64,000 nt of DNA, from assembly GCA_030141605.1 (NCBI GenBank), contig JAQGDQ010000097.1, positions 558,001 through 622,000 on the forward strand, given 5' to 3'. Every line of letters starts with the position of its first letter. Position 1 is the first letter of the stretch. The notes under the pieces were generated by a model. The model was given only the letters and a program-made list of their open reading frames with translations. It did no database searches and was not told the DNA's origin. The DNA is from Tubiluchus corallicola (taxonomy: Eukaryota; Animalia; Priapulida). Positions 38,991-52,400 of the stretch are shown in pieces. Both the position numbers and the translations under genes were made by a program.

Positions 38991-39242
38991 TTAACATAAA
39001 AAGCGTAATGCCCTTTATAGTCTCAATGATTACACATTATTTCAGAAGCTTTCACCCCAGCAGCATTATCAGCTGAAAAGTACAGATAAAATGTTAAAAC
39101 AGTTTGTACCAGTGTAAAACATAACATACACTGGAACGTACTGTTTTAACGGTTTTCTGCAATTTTGCCCGCTAGGGTGAAAGCTTCTGAAATAATATAT
39201 GATCGTCATGAGACACTAAAGGTATTACGTTTTTTATGTTAA
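38991..39242. repeat. ~250 bp imperfect palindrome (hairpin element)
   Basis: TTAACATAAAAAGCGTAATGCC...ATTATTTCAGAAGCTTTCACCC...GTTAAAACAGT..CCAGTGTA / TACACTGG..ACTGTTTTAAC...GGGTGAAAGCTTCTGAAATAAT...GGTATTACGTTTTTTATGTTAA. Confidence 0.85.
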
Positions 39243-39262
39243 AGATGACAAGTCTTAGGAGA

Positions 39263-39407
<145 letters not shown>

Positions 39408-41819
39408 TTTATATATATATATATTTATATTTACGTTTATAATATATTATATTGTCTTATAAATATTATATTATTTAGCGTTATAATTCCAAGAGTGTTA
39501 AAAAAACAAAGTTCTTAATGTCAAAATCAGGCCATAACATTTGTGTCATGTCAGAATACAAAGATCAAATGCTGGCTGGGATCAATGGACAAACAATGAA
39601 AATGTTTTACAGAAAAAACGCATTTCAAAAAATGCAAATGTAGACAATTCTGTAGCTGCAACGGCAAATTACCAATGTCTTGGTAGATGAATTTCTTGGA
39701 GAATATTCATGCAATGCGTATACACAGAGCTAAATATGACAGTCTTAAAAAAAGTTTACGGTCGAAATTACGGATTGTGAGCCGATATTGCGCGTAATTT
39801 ATACAATGAACAGAAATTGATTATGGTAATATGGAACAGCGTCCGTCCATTAACTGAGCTACGGCAAATAAACAGAATCGCGAAAAAACTTCCACAATTC
39901 CGTGGCAAAGTGTATTGACTGTGTCATTGTGCAGTCAGATATATGTGCAGAAAAGTTAACACGCGCACGCATGCACGCATACACGGTGGTGTAACAAACG
40001 CAGGATCTGTCAATCATTCTGCCCTTATTTACACCATTGGGGATGACTGATGTTTGCTCACAAACGCCGAGGAAGGTATAAATGAGGTACTGATCACCAA
40101 GTGAGCTCAGCTTGCTCAGAAACACTCAGAGAGCACGTCTTCCTTTTGTCTCTTTTGACCTACCATATAAACGTTGCATACACTCGCGCCGGGCTTACAA
40201 AAGAGCTCTGTTCTGTGGCAACATGACGAGACAAAATTACACATGAAAGTACTAAAAGAAACTTATTTTTCATTCAAACACCGTTTTGAATTGTTAAACA
40301 ATTTTGGTTTCAGTAATTTATGCAAATTATGTATGAATAACTGAAACAAAATCCTTGACGCTTGAAACATACAAGCGAAAATTTTTAAAAGTCTTTCATG
40401 AAAACTAACTGGAAAATAATCAATAAATATCATAACATTTACCACGAAAGACATTAATAATTACAGAAACAGCAAAATATTATAGCAATTCCGTTTGTTT
40501 TGTTTCCTCTGAGTACATAGTAGTTTAATAATTTATACTTGTGCTGCTGTACGACAGCATCAAATTGTATAGAATAATTTAAGAAAAACAGCAAAGCTGG
40601 TTCAAGCAGTGGCTGCATCCAAACGTTTAATCATTATTGGCTTTGGCTAGTATATGGATGATAAACCGCCAGGAAAATGATTAGTCATAAGCTGTTTCGC
40701 CTGCTACATTAGGCTACTTTTCTCTCGCTCTAGAAGACGCATATTCGCATCGAAACATTACTAGAGTACATCTGCCGGTTTAGTGCCTCACCTTGCAGGT
40801 TTTTCCCTGGTAACCTTGCTACCGTTCTGGTACAAGTCCAACAAGTCCAATCGTTGAGCGTTTAATTTTGGCTTGCAGTGCGCTGAGCTGCATAAAAATA
40901 ACAGCAAAGTTAGACTGTTAGATATTACAAAAGAAAATGGGTGGTAGCAAATTTGTTATTAATAAATTCACTATATAGTAGGATTTTCCCAAAGTAGAAA
41001 AATAAAAAGTAGTAATATTCGTCATGCCAAATTTAAAAATTAATTTACAATGTCCACCTACGTTACCCAATTATAATATGTAAGATATAGAAGTAACTTT
41101 TGTTAAAGAATTGCACTTATTTAAATTATAATTGCGCCTATAATAGTTATAGCACCGTACTACGCTGTATAGATGAATAGAAACACCTATTTGATGTAAA
41201 ATCTTTTATCTAATGACAAATAGATATATGCCATTAACAGCATGTTATGTAAAAGAAAACTGGGCTCAATTAGTAAATGTTATGTTGTAGATGAAAGAAA
41301 ATCTTCCAGGCGTATTAAACTACCCCAAACGCTTTTATTTATATCATTCTCGCAGATCGCATTTCTTCAGAAGAAATTTGTTATTCTGTCGTATGACCCT
41401 CGCAATTTATAGTGATATAAAAATAGCAAAGAAACATACGCCAGTCACGTGTTATAACAAAGACTGATGTTTAGAGTCTGTACACAAAGTATTTCCAGCC
41501 TTAATATGTTTTTGTTATCACGCGAGAGAAATCAATTTATTATTGTAATACGTGTCATAACAGAAATAAGATTAGAACCTTGGAGGCAGTTTGGCTGATG
41601 ATCTGAAACACATTAGCAATATTAACCATACTAGTATAAAATAAGATTTTATCTGCAGACGTTTCCACGAATTTATAAATCACACTTAAGCTGTCAGCCT
41701 AAATATGCACAAATTTTATTTCAAAAATACGGATGTGAAGGTTTGTAAGTCAGCGACGTACGTCGAGTGGTAGAAAGGGAAATGACAGAAAAACTCACCA
41801 ATATACGAATAAAATGAGC

Positions 41820-42280
41820 AAGAAAGTGCAATAACAAACAAATGAAAATCGAAACCAAGAAGAAAGGAAGGAATAGACGAAAAAGAATGAGGCAGACAGA
41901 CTGACAGAATGCGGGCCACTGCGAGGTTGACAACAGAGGAATAAAGAAAGTAGAAAGAATGAATCAAAGAAAAAAAAGAAAACGAAGGAAGACAGCGCAA
42001 CGCGAGGAATAAAATCCCGAGAGGAAAATAAAAAAGGAGAGCTTGTGGTAGAACACAGGTGGTAGAAAACGAAGCAACAGAAAAGAAAGTTAAAGAATAA
42101 ACAGGAAATGAAGGAAGAGAAAGGTCCAAAAAAGAAAAAGGGATGAAAGATGGGAAATGGAATGAACAAATAAATGGGTAAAAAACGAAAGAATGGAAAA
42201 ATTGAAAAATAAGAGACGGATGAATTAAACTGTTGAAGAGAAAAGTGAGCGAAAGAAGCGTCATAAAAAATGAAGGAAAA
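41820..42280. repeat. Purine-rich (GA) low-complexity tract
   Basis: Strong strand asymmetry; the Phe/Ser-rich antisense ORFs are compositional artefacts. Confidence 0.8.
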
Positions 42281-44168
42281 CCGCATTTTACACGGCATTA
42301 TCATGGAGCAGATGATCCACTGTTTTTAACGCTAAAATTAGCACTAGCATTTTGCCGAAGTTTCAAAATAGTATTAACACACTCTGCAAAATCCCGTTAA
42401 GCTATTTATGTTGATTTACCCACAGCTATTACTACCATTATTGTTTAATACTTTAATTATTTGTTAAAGACAAATTCTTTACTTTTTTACGTATCTTCAG
42501 TAAAGGGGCGAAACACTTCTGCAGAAATGAAACCTTTCAGTTTAATTGCAACCTAGGTCAATTAGCCAAAGAAGCCACATTAGACAGAGACCAATATGGC
42601 ATATTTGCAGTCCACTGAAGGCATACACACAGACAGACATTGCTGTTTTTCCATCAGATTGCTTCCAACCAATCACGACAGTTTGTTATCTTTAGCGGTA
42701 AGGTACTTAACTACCGAGGAATAATGAACCGCATTCTTCTCCACCGGGAGATTTTCCCGAGCTAAATAGGAATTACTGGGACCACTTCTGGAGCGCAACA
42801 GAAGTTTACTCATGGTGGACGTCCCTCCACTGGACCAAGAAACTATAATTATTTCTATTAGTTACCATAACAAATGTCGCAAGGGCAGAAATCATAAGGC
42901 AAACTGACTTTGGGGAAGCGCGAAGTTTACACAATCTTGAGAAACCCGCGAGGAAAACCAACCGTGGTGGTTCCCCTGTACTTGACTGTATTACGCTTGG
43001 AACAACACTTGGCTAACGTGAAATAACAAACGACTTTCAACGTGGCAAAACAGTTGCAAACAAAAACGTCTTATCGCAAAAAGTGAAAGTACAAAAACAC
43101 TTGTTTTTATATGGCGGTAGAAGATAATAGCTTTAAAGAGATTAGGAATATTGGCAAAATAAGCAAAGAATTGCAAACTGCAGTAAACCAATAGTAAGTA
43201 TTAGGCTGTAGTTGTAAATGTCATTTTGGGTGATGGGTATGAATTATAAGACTTCTGCCAAGAAAATATAGCAGATAAGGTATTCAAAGCAATTAAACGA
43301 AAGATAGTGTTGGGCAGGTTTATTTTAGTGTTTTCTAGAAAAATGTAAAAACCTGCAAATGAAAAAAAGCTAAGAAGTGGTGACGGTATTCATGCTACAT
43401 TCACTACATCAAACATGTGTAAGTCTTCACATTTCCTACGTTCCAAATGCCACATCTACTAGGGATTATATATATAGATTTAGTAATAACTACTAATTCA
43501 TTTTATAGTTATGTACAAGTACACGAATGTTGTACTTTCAAAACTTTTATGCTGTTTGATACTTTTGCCATGTTATCATCTACTGTGTACAACCGTTCCT
43601 ATTAGTACCTAACGTGGAAAAACATTTACTTCACTGCACCCAAGCTCGGGGCCACTAAGCAGTTTCTTCTCCAACATTGTCTGTCCAAAATTTTGATATA
43701 GTTGATGAATTTTGTAAGAATTTGAGATGTCTTTTTCATTGTTAGTATTGGAGAACTAGTACCACAAAGTTATTTTTGAAAAAATTAAGGCAAAAATGAC
43801 TGAAACTCAAACAAACAAGCACAATATGGTTTCGAAAAGGGTTTCGTTTGCATGAGAAATAATGATCTTGTTTCTGTTTGAATTTCATCACGTACTAGTG
43901 CGCAGACATTGCTCATTTTGCACTAGCCGTATCGTGGCTATAGCCTTACTGTCCATCTCTACATCAACAACACGTAGAAGGAATGCAAATAGAAACAGAT
44001 ACGCGGAACAGACTGGAACAAAAGCACGAGGCGTTGTCTCGTATTACACGAAGCCGTGTGTGCCATGAAGACGTTCCTGTGTCAAATTAGTTTATTTGTT
44101 CCTGTTAACAGTCTAGTACTGACGATTGCACAGTAAAACAATAGACGGTACCACTGTTTCATAGAATA

Positions 44169-44600
<432 letters not shown>

Positions 44601-44719
44601 GTCTTGTTGCAAATTTCGAACCTGAGTGTTTAGATTTTTCCCTTTACCTGCGTAGAAGTGATACTAATATTCAACTAACGTAATTTACTGCAGATCTAAT
44701 CCGCAGTGTTTAAAATTCG

Positions 44720-44935
44720 GCAGTACTAACTGAAAGATCTTTGGCATCATTGTTAAATGCTGTCAAACATAATAAGGCCTGTCTACTTTTAGGACTGTAA
44801 CTTGAAGGTCAGAAATCTGCTAACTCGGTTTTGTTTACTCTAACTGTCTACCAAAAACTCATTTTTGTACATATTAAGCAGGTGGTTTTATAACATTCTG
44901 GTAAAAATACGCTTGCCGTTCCGCAAGGAGTCAAC
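44720..44935 (+). mobile_element. Degenerate reverse transcriptase remnant
   Basis: TLAVPQGV at ~44910 (cf. GVPQGS) preceded by NAVKHN (cf. FDTVxH); heavily decayed. Confidence 0.3.
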
Positions 44936-47735
44936 ATTTTACGGGCTTGATAAGTGAAGTTAGCAAAGTAATTTTTAAGAAAGGAAAAACAAAACAATGT
45001 AGGTTCATGGCTTTAAACGAAAAAAGTGAAAAGGGTTTAAGAGCAAGGAAGCGCCCTGCATTTGATCTCGGATTATTTCGGAGCATTTCTGAGATTTTTC
45101 CGTCTAATAATTTACAGGAAAAAAAATCTTTTCTCAAACCAAAAGTTTGTAATCACAAAAATATGGAGTACATGAATACAGGAAGAAACTTTTTAAACTA
45201 ATAAAAGTTGGAAATATTTTAACAAGGTGAGCAATATTGGGCTGACGAAGTTATCGAAAGAAGTAGTTTAAATCATAATCATTTTCTCGCCATGCTTTCA
45301 CGCCCTAATTAAAAGTACTGCAAGAATTCGGTGCTGATTAGCGGACATATTAATATGGCGGACACCTGAGGACTTCCAGCATTTGATGACGTACCGCGCG
45401 ACGGAAGTGAAGGAATTCCTTGCTGCTAATAATTACAGGAAATTGAAGCGACTCGGCATTATTGGTGCGTACATCCTCTTCTCAGACATGAGGTGAACAT
45501 ATGAAAGCGGAAGGATTCCTCCAGCAAAAGGGTCAATATAAGGTTTGGTTGTGTCAGTCAGAAGTGATATGATCAAGCAATGAATTATCTAGTAAACGAT
45601 GGTGGTTTCTCTGTTGCGGCATGCTAGCCTATATAGGCTACAAATCAGCTTCTTGAACTGCAGTGTATTAAATTAATTGTGCAAATCAGGCGCTGAAAAC
45701 CACGAATATGGTTTTTATGTTCTTACATCACTATATCAAATCTTGCGTATTCTACTCAAATTCACCATTTCTGAGGATTGTTACTCTTTTCTTTACCCTT
45801 GTTTTTTCTATTACATCCTTCTTTTTTTGTTCATCCTTTTTCCTTTATTCTCTTCTTTTTCTTTATAGTGTTTTGTTTGTTTTCTCTTTCTCTTTTTCCT
45901 GTTTGCCATTTTATTCTTTTTCTCTTTCCATTTCATTACTTTCTGGTTTCAATGCACCTTCAGTCGAAGATGCTCAAGCTAATTAAGGGGCCAGCTAAGA
46001 GGTCCTTTTTAGTTTAAACAGAAAAAATACACCTATTTCCCAACTCGACATCAATATTACAACGCCTGTTGTAGAAATTTGATATTATGATGTAAATGAC
46101 TAGATCATGGGACAAGTCTGAACATTTTCCCCTAAGTCCACTATGTTTCATTCATCGAATATATATAGGTGCACTAAGCATAGATAAGTAATTCTGAGCA
46201 GATTTGGGCAAGCATTATAACCCAATGCTGTATAACTGACTCATTATCACATAGAAATGTGAGGCAAAATAAAACTGAATTAAACCATTTTTAATATAAA
46301 AAACACGTCAAACTTCTAAAGTTTATTCCAATATCTAATAAATTTCTTTAAAACCAAACTTTCAGATTTTGAAATTCCTTCACCAGAGCTTTTAAGATTA
46401 GAGCTCAAATTATTTCTAACTAACTGCTCTTACAACACAACGGGATTTTTAAAATTCAAAAGCTTGGTTTTAAACAATTTTTGGGGTTTTACAACAGACT
46501 TTAGAGTAATTTGGTATACTTCTCGTAGTAAAACACTGGCTCGCCTACGATCCACAGTTCTGCAAATTCATTGGCAATAATCTATTAATAGGCAAAACAG
46601 AACTTCCGCATTATAAACAAGCATTCAGATTTCCACATAAATGTAGATTGACCGGCATCCCTAACTATGGGTTTCATTGTGTAATTTTTATCATGTAGAC
46701 ACATGTGATATGTTAGAAACGGCAGAGAGTGAGTGAAACCATTCAACGGAAAATGAGAAATGCGGTATGCAGGCCAGCGGGGGCGCTTACAGCTCCCCTA
46801 CCCGGCATGTGGAACACTCACACTGCCAAAATCTTCTCAGATGTTCCTCTCATCTAGTCCAGATGCGATGGCTCAGTAGAGAAACCCAGAGAGATGCAGA
46901 AATGAACCCCAATAGGATTAGCGCGTCCAAATCCGCCTGACAAGCTCAGTTACAAATCGCATTACATGGTAGATTTGTCCTGCTCTATACTGGCAATACC
47001 GCACACACGAGGCATCAGCAAAACTGTTTATAAATACACACAAACGTAGTCCACGTGACGGACAATAAGAATGCTTCTAAACTTTAAACTATTTTGAGGT
47101 AGAGATTCGTGATATTTAGCCTAAATATAATTGTTTTACAATAACAAGAACAAAACAAACAAAATATAAATTGAAAATTCCAAGCGCGTCTACTAGAGTA
47201 TAAACGGATACGTTAGTGAGAGTACATACATGAGTGAGATACTTACGGAATTTTGACGTTGTGGTGAACAGTTATTAAAATACTGTATTTTAACTCTACC
47301 AAGTAAGTTTTTTGCAGTTTAACTCGCAAGATTTTCTGATAAATGTAAAATCAATTTGACAAGTCACATACATGAAAAAGGCAAACTGGCAAAGAAAAGG
47401 CTAGAAAGTTGCTGTGCAAAAACAACCACTGCCATTGATGTTACAATCTAAAAAATTATAGAATCAACATCTGACGTCATTTTTCAGCCAAAATTTATAA
47501 AGTCGCTATAATGAACAAAACACGGACAGTGTATATTTGTCAAGAAAAAATGAATGGAAGTTAAACCTGTCGTGAATTTTAGTTGTGAATCTTAATTAAT
47601 AATTTGTACAAAGTTTTCGATGTACACAATATAATTAAAACTGCTAAAAACAAATAAATGAAGAACTTCTTTTTGTTATTCACGAATATCAAACGTTTGA
47701 AACAGTCATAGCTGCTTCTAATAGGGTCTAGATGA

Positions 47736-47935
47736 AGTGGCGTTTACCTGGCATCCGGAATGCGTATGCGTTATCCACTTGCGGAACAGCTGCGTATAAA
47801 AAATCAATAGGAAATAGCTACAGAAAAAATAACGCAGGTCTGATAAACGGGTGCACTGAAAACAATATAAGCCGATTCCATCTATTCGGCATTTAGGTAA
47901 CGCATACGCATTCCGGATGTCTCGTAAACTCCACC
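47736..47935. mobile_element. MITE, probably PIF/Harbinger (Tourist-like)
   Basis: GTGGCGTTTACCTGGCATCCGGAATGCGTATGCGTTA pairs with TAACGCATACGCATTCCGGATGTCTCGTAAACTCCAC. Flanked by TGA on the left and TAA on the right (TAA-type target duplication, imperfect). Confidence 0.7.
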
Positions 47936-48907
47936 TAACAGCTTGAGCTTGTTTTGGCCTTCTTCCGTTTTTTCAGGACTACTTTTTTGAGGAACAGTTT
48001 TTAAATCTAAATGTCGTTGAGAAAAATGAGGTTCACCGAATGTAGGAGCAAAACTCTGGTGCTTCAAATAATAGTCAATACTCGATGCAGTCAAAGCAGT
48101 CACTTTATTAAATCTAAGCACAAAACCAAGTAATCCAATTGCCTCTGAGCACGTAAGTAAAAATTCTCATGGTGTATTTTGTTAAGCCGTATCTCGCATT
48201 CAAATCTAACTCAAAACGTATATACAGCAATCAATAGATTATTGAACTTTCACAAGTACCCAAATCCTTATCACAACAAGATCATATACACACTGCGAGA
48301 CATACATAAGCCAATATAGCAAGCGTGCTTTTCTGTTTAGATATAGAGAGTATAGTGAGTTAGTCCACCGTAATAATTAAAACGCTGCAGTGGCTATATA
48401 CGCACGAAACTAATTTGTTTATGTTAAGATAAACAAAGCCGTATTTAGTAAAAATAATTACCTCAAAATGCTGAGTCTCAGGCAGTCTAGCTTTTCCCTG
48501 TAGCATAAACAACGATTGTGAATAGAGTTTGGTAAGAAAACACATTTACAGAGCCGCTACTTGTGAAGCTATAAGATATGTGAGCTTTTGGGAAAGCATT
48601 TTATGCCTTATATATTAACTCTGTGTATAGCAATGCTGTGCATTTAGTGAGAAAGCCTTGTAGTGATTAATATGAGCAGTTTTGTTGCAAAGGCGTCTGG
48701 TTTCAGGGCATTAATAAGCAGAACGCTTGGGTTCGGCTTTTCGTTAATATAGGCTTGTAGGCCAGTGCATGTTCTTGTGCATGAGAATTTTTCCCAATAC
48801 TGAGAAATATTGATTTAAAATTAAAACCATCTGAACAATAATTATTAAAGCAATGATTAAATTATTAGACGTTGTGAAATTACTATTCAGTATTTTTACA
48901 TCAATTT

Positions 48908-49062
<155 letters not shown>

Positions 49063-50180
49063 ATAGCAGCAATATTAATTTAAGTCAATTCAGCTTGTTG
49101 AATGGTGGATGGTTAAAATTAGTTTTTTGTTTTAATAATGTTATGCCAAAATTATTATTTTATGATAATTATGAAAAAGCTTTGCTCGTATATAACACAG
49201 CAATAACAAAACTTTTGACTTGTGCCAAAGCTGAGAAAATTTTCCATTTTATTAGGTTGATTAAAATTCGCAATGGCCATATTAGAATCCAAAAAAAAAC
49301 TTGCAAATAACCTATGCCGTACAAGGATTAATTATGACAAAAATTCCAATTCGAGCACCAATTCGAACTCAGAAACAACCCATGAAATCGAAAATCGTAT
49401 AATCAAAATTCAAAGTGGTATTAATTACTGCTTTTGATGAAGAAATAAAGCCTCTTGTAAGGTTAATATGAAAATGTAACCAACGATAAGAAAAATCCAT
49501 GTTCTTAACTGCCCAGCCAATGAACTAAATCAGAGCTTGTCACATTTTCTTTCAGTTTTCCATGGATATATACTAGACATGGTAAAGTCTTTTAATTGTG
49601 TCCCAGCTGTCATAGATCAGCAGTTAACAAGACGACTTTGATTTCAAAGTGTATAATTACAATACCATATAACTGCAACTACAATGAGAAATCAATTTTC
49701 TCAGTTCTGTCTGTAAAACGCTGGATTCACGAAAAGACGTTGGCTAACAGCCGGCACACATTCCTCGTTGGCTGTCTTCGCTCTAACCAGTCACAAATTA
49801 GCTGAACACTGAGTCTGTTAGCAGCATGGTATCCCTGGCTTCGGTTATATTTGGCAGCAACAAATGGTAACCGAGCCGGCAGTTCTTAGCTAGATCCGCG
49901 CCCCGCATGTGTTAATAGTTTTTCTACAAGACAAGCAATTAGTGCGCTGGTTAGTCTTTATCAGCCTTAAGAAATTGACTCTCTGGTATTAAAGTCTTTA
50001 AGTTGGATATTTCCGACGCTGCGGGAATCTGGACATGTTGTAGGAAATTAAATTTAATGAATTTAAAGAAGGATATGCAGCAGGAAATGTATCATCCGTA
50101 TGGGGCACGTAGTTTCTTCGCCGTAGCTAATTTTGGCAGAGTCCATTTGTATAAGTCGTTTAGTTTAACTTAAAATAAGC

Positions 50181-50228
50181 TACCGTAAAACGGGGTGAGT
50201 TCGCCACCCGAGGGTGAGTTCGCCATCC
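50181..50228 (+). mobile_element. pogo/Tc1-mariner-like terminal repeat (single end seen)
   Basis: TA-CCGTAAAACGGGGTGAGTTCGCCACCCGAGGGTGAGTTCGCCA: TA start plus a duplicated subterminal motif. Matching right end not found. Confidence 0.45.
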
Positions 50229-51698
50229 ATTACGTAATGGCCATTGTAGGTCTGCTGTAACTATTGTTCAGTGTTTAATGAACAGATATCATGATCACCG
50301 TCATTATAAACAGTTTGCGACAGTTATCTTCTTTCAATTCGCACTAGAAGTATTCCATTCTGCGCTACATATTGCTTGTCTACTATTTCTGGCTTGTACC
50401 ATTTGTACCATTTTTACGTTAAATGTTGAACGAGAATAGTTGCTTTGCAATGTGTAACTGAACATGTGTCATACTCAATATGAAACCGAGGTTATTTGAC
50501 AAGCTTTGAAATAAGATTTGATAAGATAAAACGTTATTGTTACAGCACAGGCTAAACGTTTTTAACAAGACGGTAAAGCGAAAAATTTAAAGCGTAAAAG
50601 CGAAATTTAAATATAAATTCTAACTTTCAAAAATCTTTTTACTAAAACTTTTCAAGAAGCTATGGTTCTTTCCCACATGAATGGCTTAGAATTATTTGAT
50701 CCCTGCTAAAACAAACGAATAGCTTTAAACCAGTAACTTTAAATGATTCACACAGCCATTAGTTAGATATTGATTTATGGCTTTTAGTTGATTTTTCTAG
50801 ATTTTGCTTATGAAACTTTACTGGAAGCTGGACACGGCATAGCATGTTGTTCCTTGTCACTAAGGCAGCAAACTTTTCACTCTAAGAGAACTCATTGAAT
50901 TCCTTTGTCCTAATCTTATTCGCAAAAATGTTCGCAAAATAATCAAAAGAGCCAACTATTTTTCGTCGTTGTGCAAAATTATTATCAATGCCTACTTGAA
51001 AATTCGCTGCTTTTATAAGTACTATCTGCTATAAGTATTTCAATCAAGACTAACATGGAACTGTATAGCATGGCAGCAAAATGGATTTGTCATAATTCTG
51101 CATTCTCAAGATTCTGTTAGATATTTTTTGCATTTGCCGATGTGCCCTAAAACACCACAGAATTCCATAAATTTTATTAAACTTTTCAGGCTTCAATAAC
51201 AACAAAAACGTTAAATTTGTTGTTTTAAAGTCGTATTCGCTTAGTTATCATTATTGCTACACAGAGTGAGTGTTGCTCAGATCTGGTATACAAAGATAAC
51301 AGTGGCGGAATAATATTTTTATAAAAGTTATCTAGTCGATTGACTTCTATGTTTTGGTACATTAGTGCCACATTCGACTGTAAAGAAGAAAAATCGTTAC
51401 TACTGCTAGCACAACTTTATAACGAAGTTTGCAATTCCGAGTTCTGTAAGTTCAATTCACTTCAGTTCAATTTAATTCAGTTCAATTTACCTTTTGTTTC
51501 CTGCTGAAATTGCAACATAACATACTAAAACAAAAAAATAGTACGCACATACAAAGACACACAAAAAGTCCTAAGACTACTAAATACAAAAAATAAGTAC
51601 AAATTAAAAAACCACTCAATAAACAATAACACACAAATGGAAAAAATTGAGCAAGCAAAGAGCTGGAGGTAGCACCTGTGTAAAAGGCTTTGGAAATT

Positions 51699-52400
51699 TT
51701 AATTAAATACTAATCAGTGAGAAATATTACAGTGCAAGTTTCCTTATGTATAATATAATATTAAGATCCTGAAACATCTTAGGCAAATATATAATATGAT
51801 ATGATATGATATGATATGATATGATATGATATGATATGATATGATATGATATGATATGATATGATATGATATGATATGATATGATATGATATGATATGAT
51901 ATGATATGATATGATATGATATGATATGATATGATATGATATAATATAATATAATATAATATAATATAATATAATATAATATAATATAATATAATATAAT
52001 ATAATATAATATAATATAATATAATATAATATAATATAATATAATATAATATAATATAATATAATATAATATAATATAATATAATATAATATAATATAAT
52101 ATAATATAATATAATATAATATAATATAATATAATATAATATAATATAATATAATATAATATAATATAATATAATATAATATAATATAATATAATATAAT
52201 ATAATATAATATAATATAATATAATATAATATAATATAATATAATATAATATAATAGATATATATTACCTTAATTTTTTAAACCTCAGAAGATCCAAAAA
52301 CATCTTAGGCAAATATAAACAAATATAAAGCTTAGAGGTTTACTAAAGAAAACTTGCAGTGTAATATTTCAATATTTCTCACTGATTAGTTATTAATTAA
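51699..52400. mobile_element. Inverted-repeat-bounded element containing an (ATGAT)n-(ATAAT)n satellite
   Basis: Left TACTAATCAGTGAGAAATATTACAGTGCAAGTTTCCTT matches the reverse complement of 52345-52392. The pentanucleotide array runs ~51795-52255. Confidence 0.65.

Noticed and set aside
41716-42304. 182 and 169 aa hydrophobic ORFs resembling membrane proteins
   Set aside because: They result from the GA-rich low-complexity tract read on the pyrimidine strand.
45242-45270. CTGACGA-AG-TTAT-C-GAAA hammerhead-like core
   Set aside because: Stem II would be a single base pair and no credible stem I forms.
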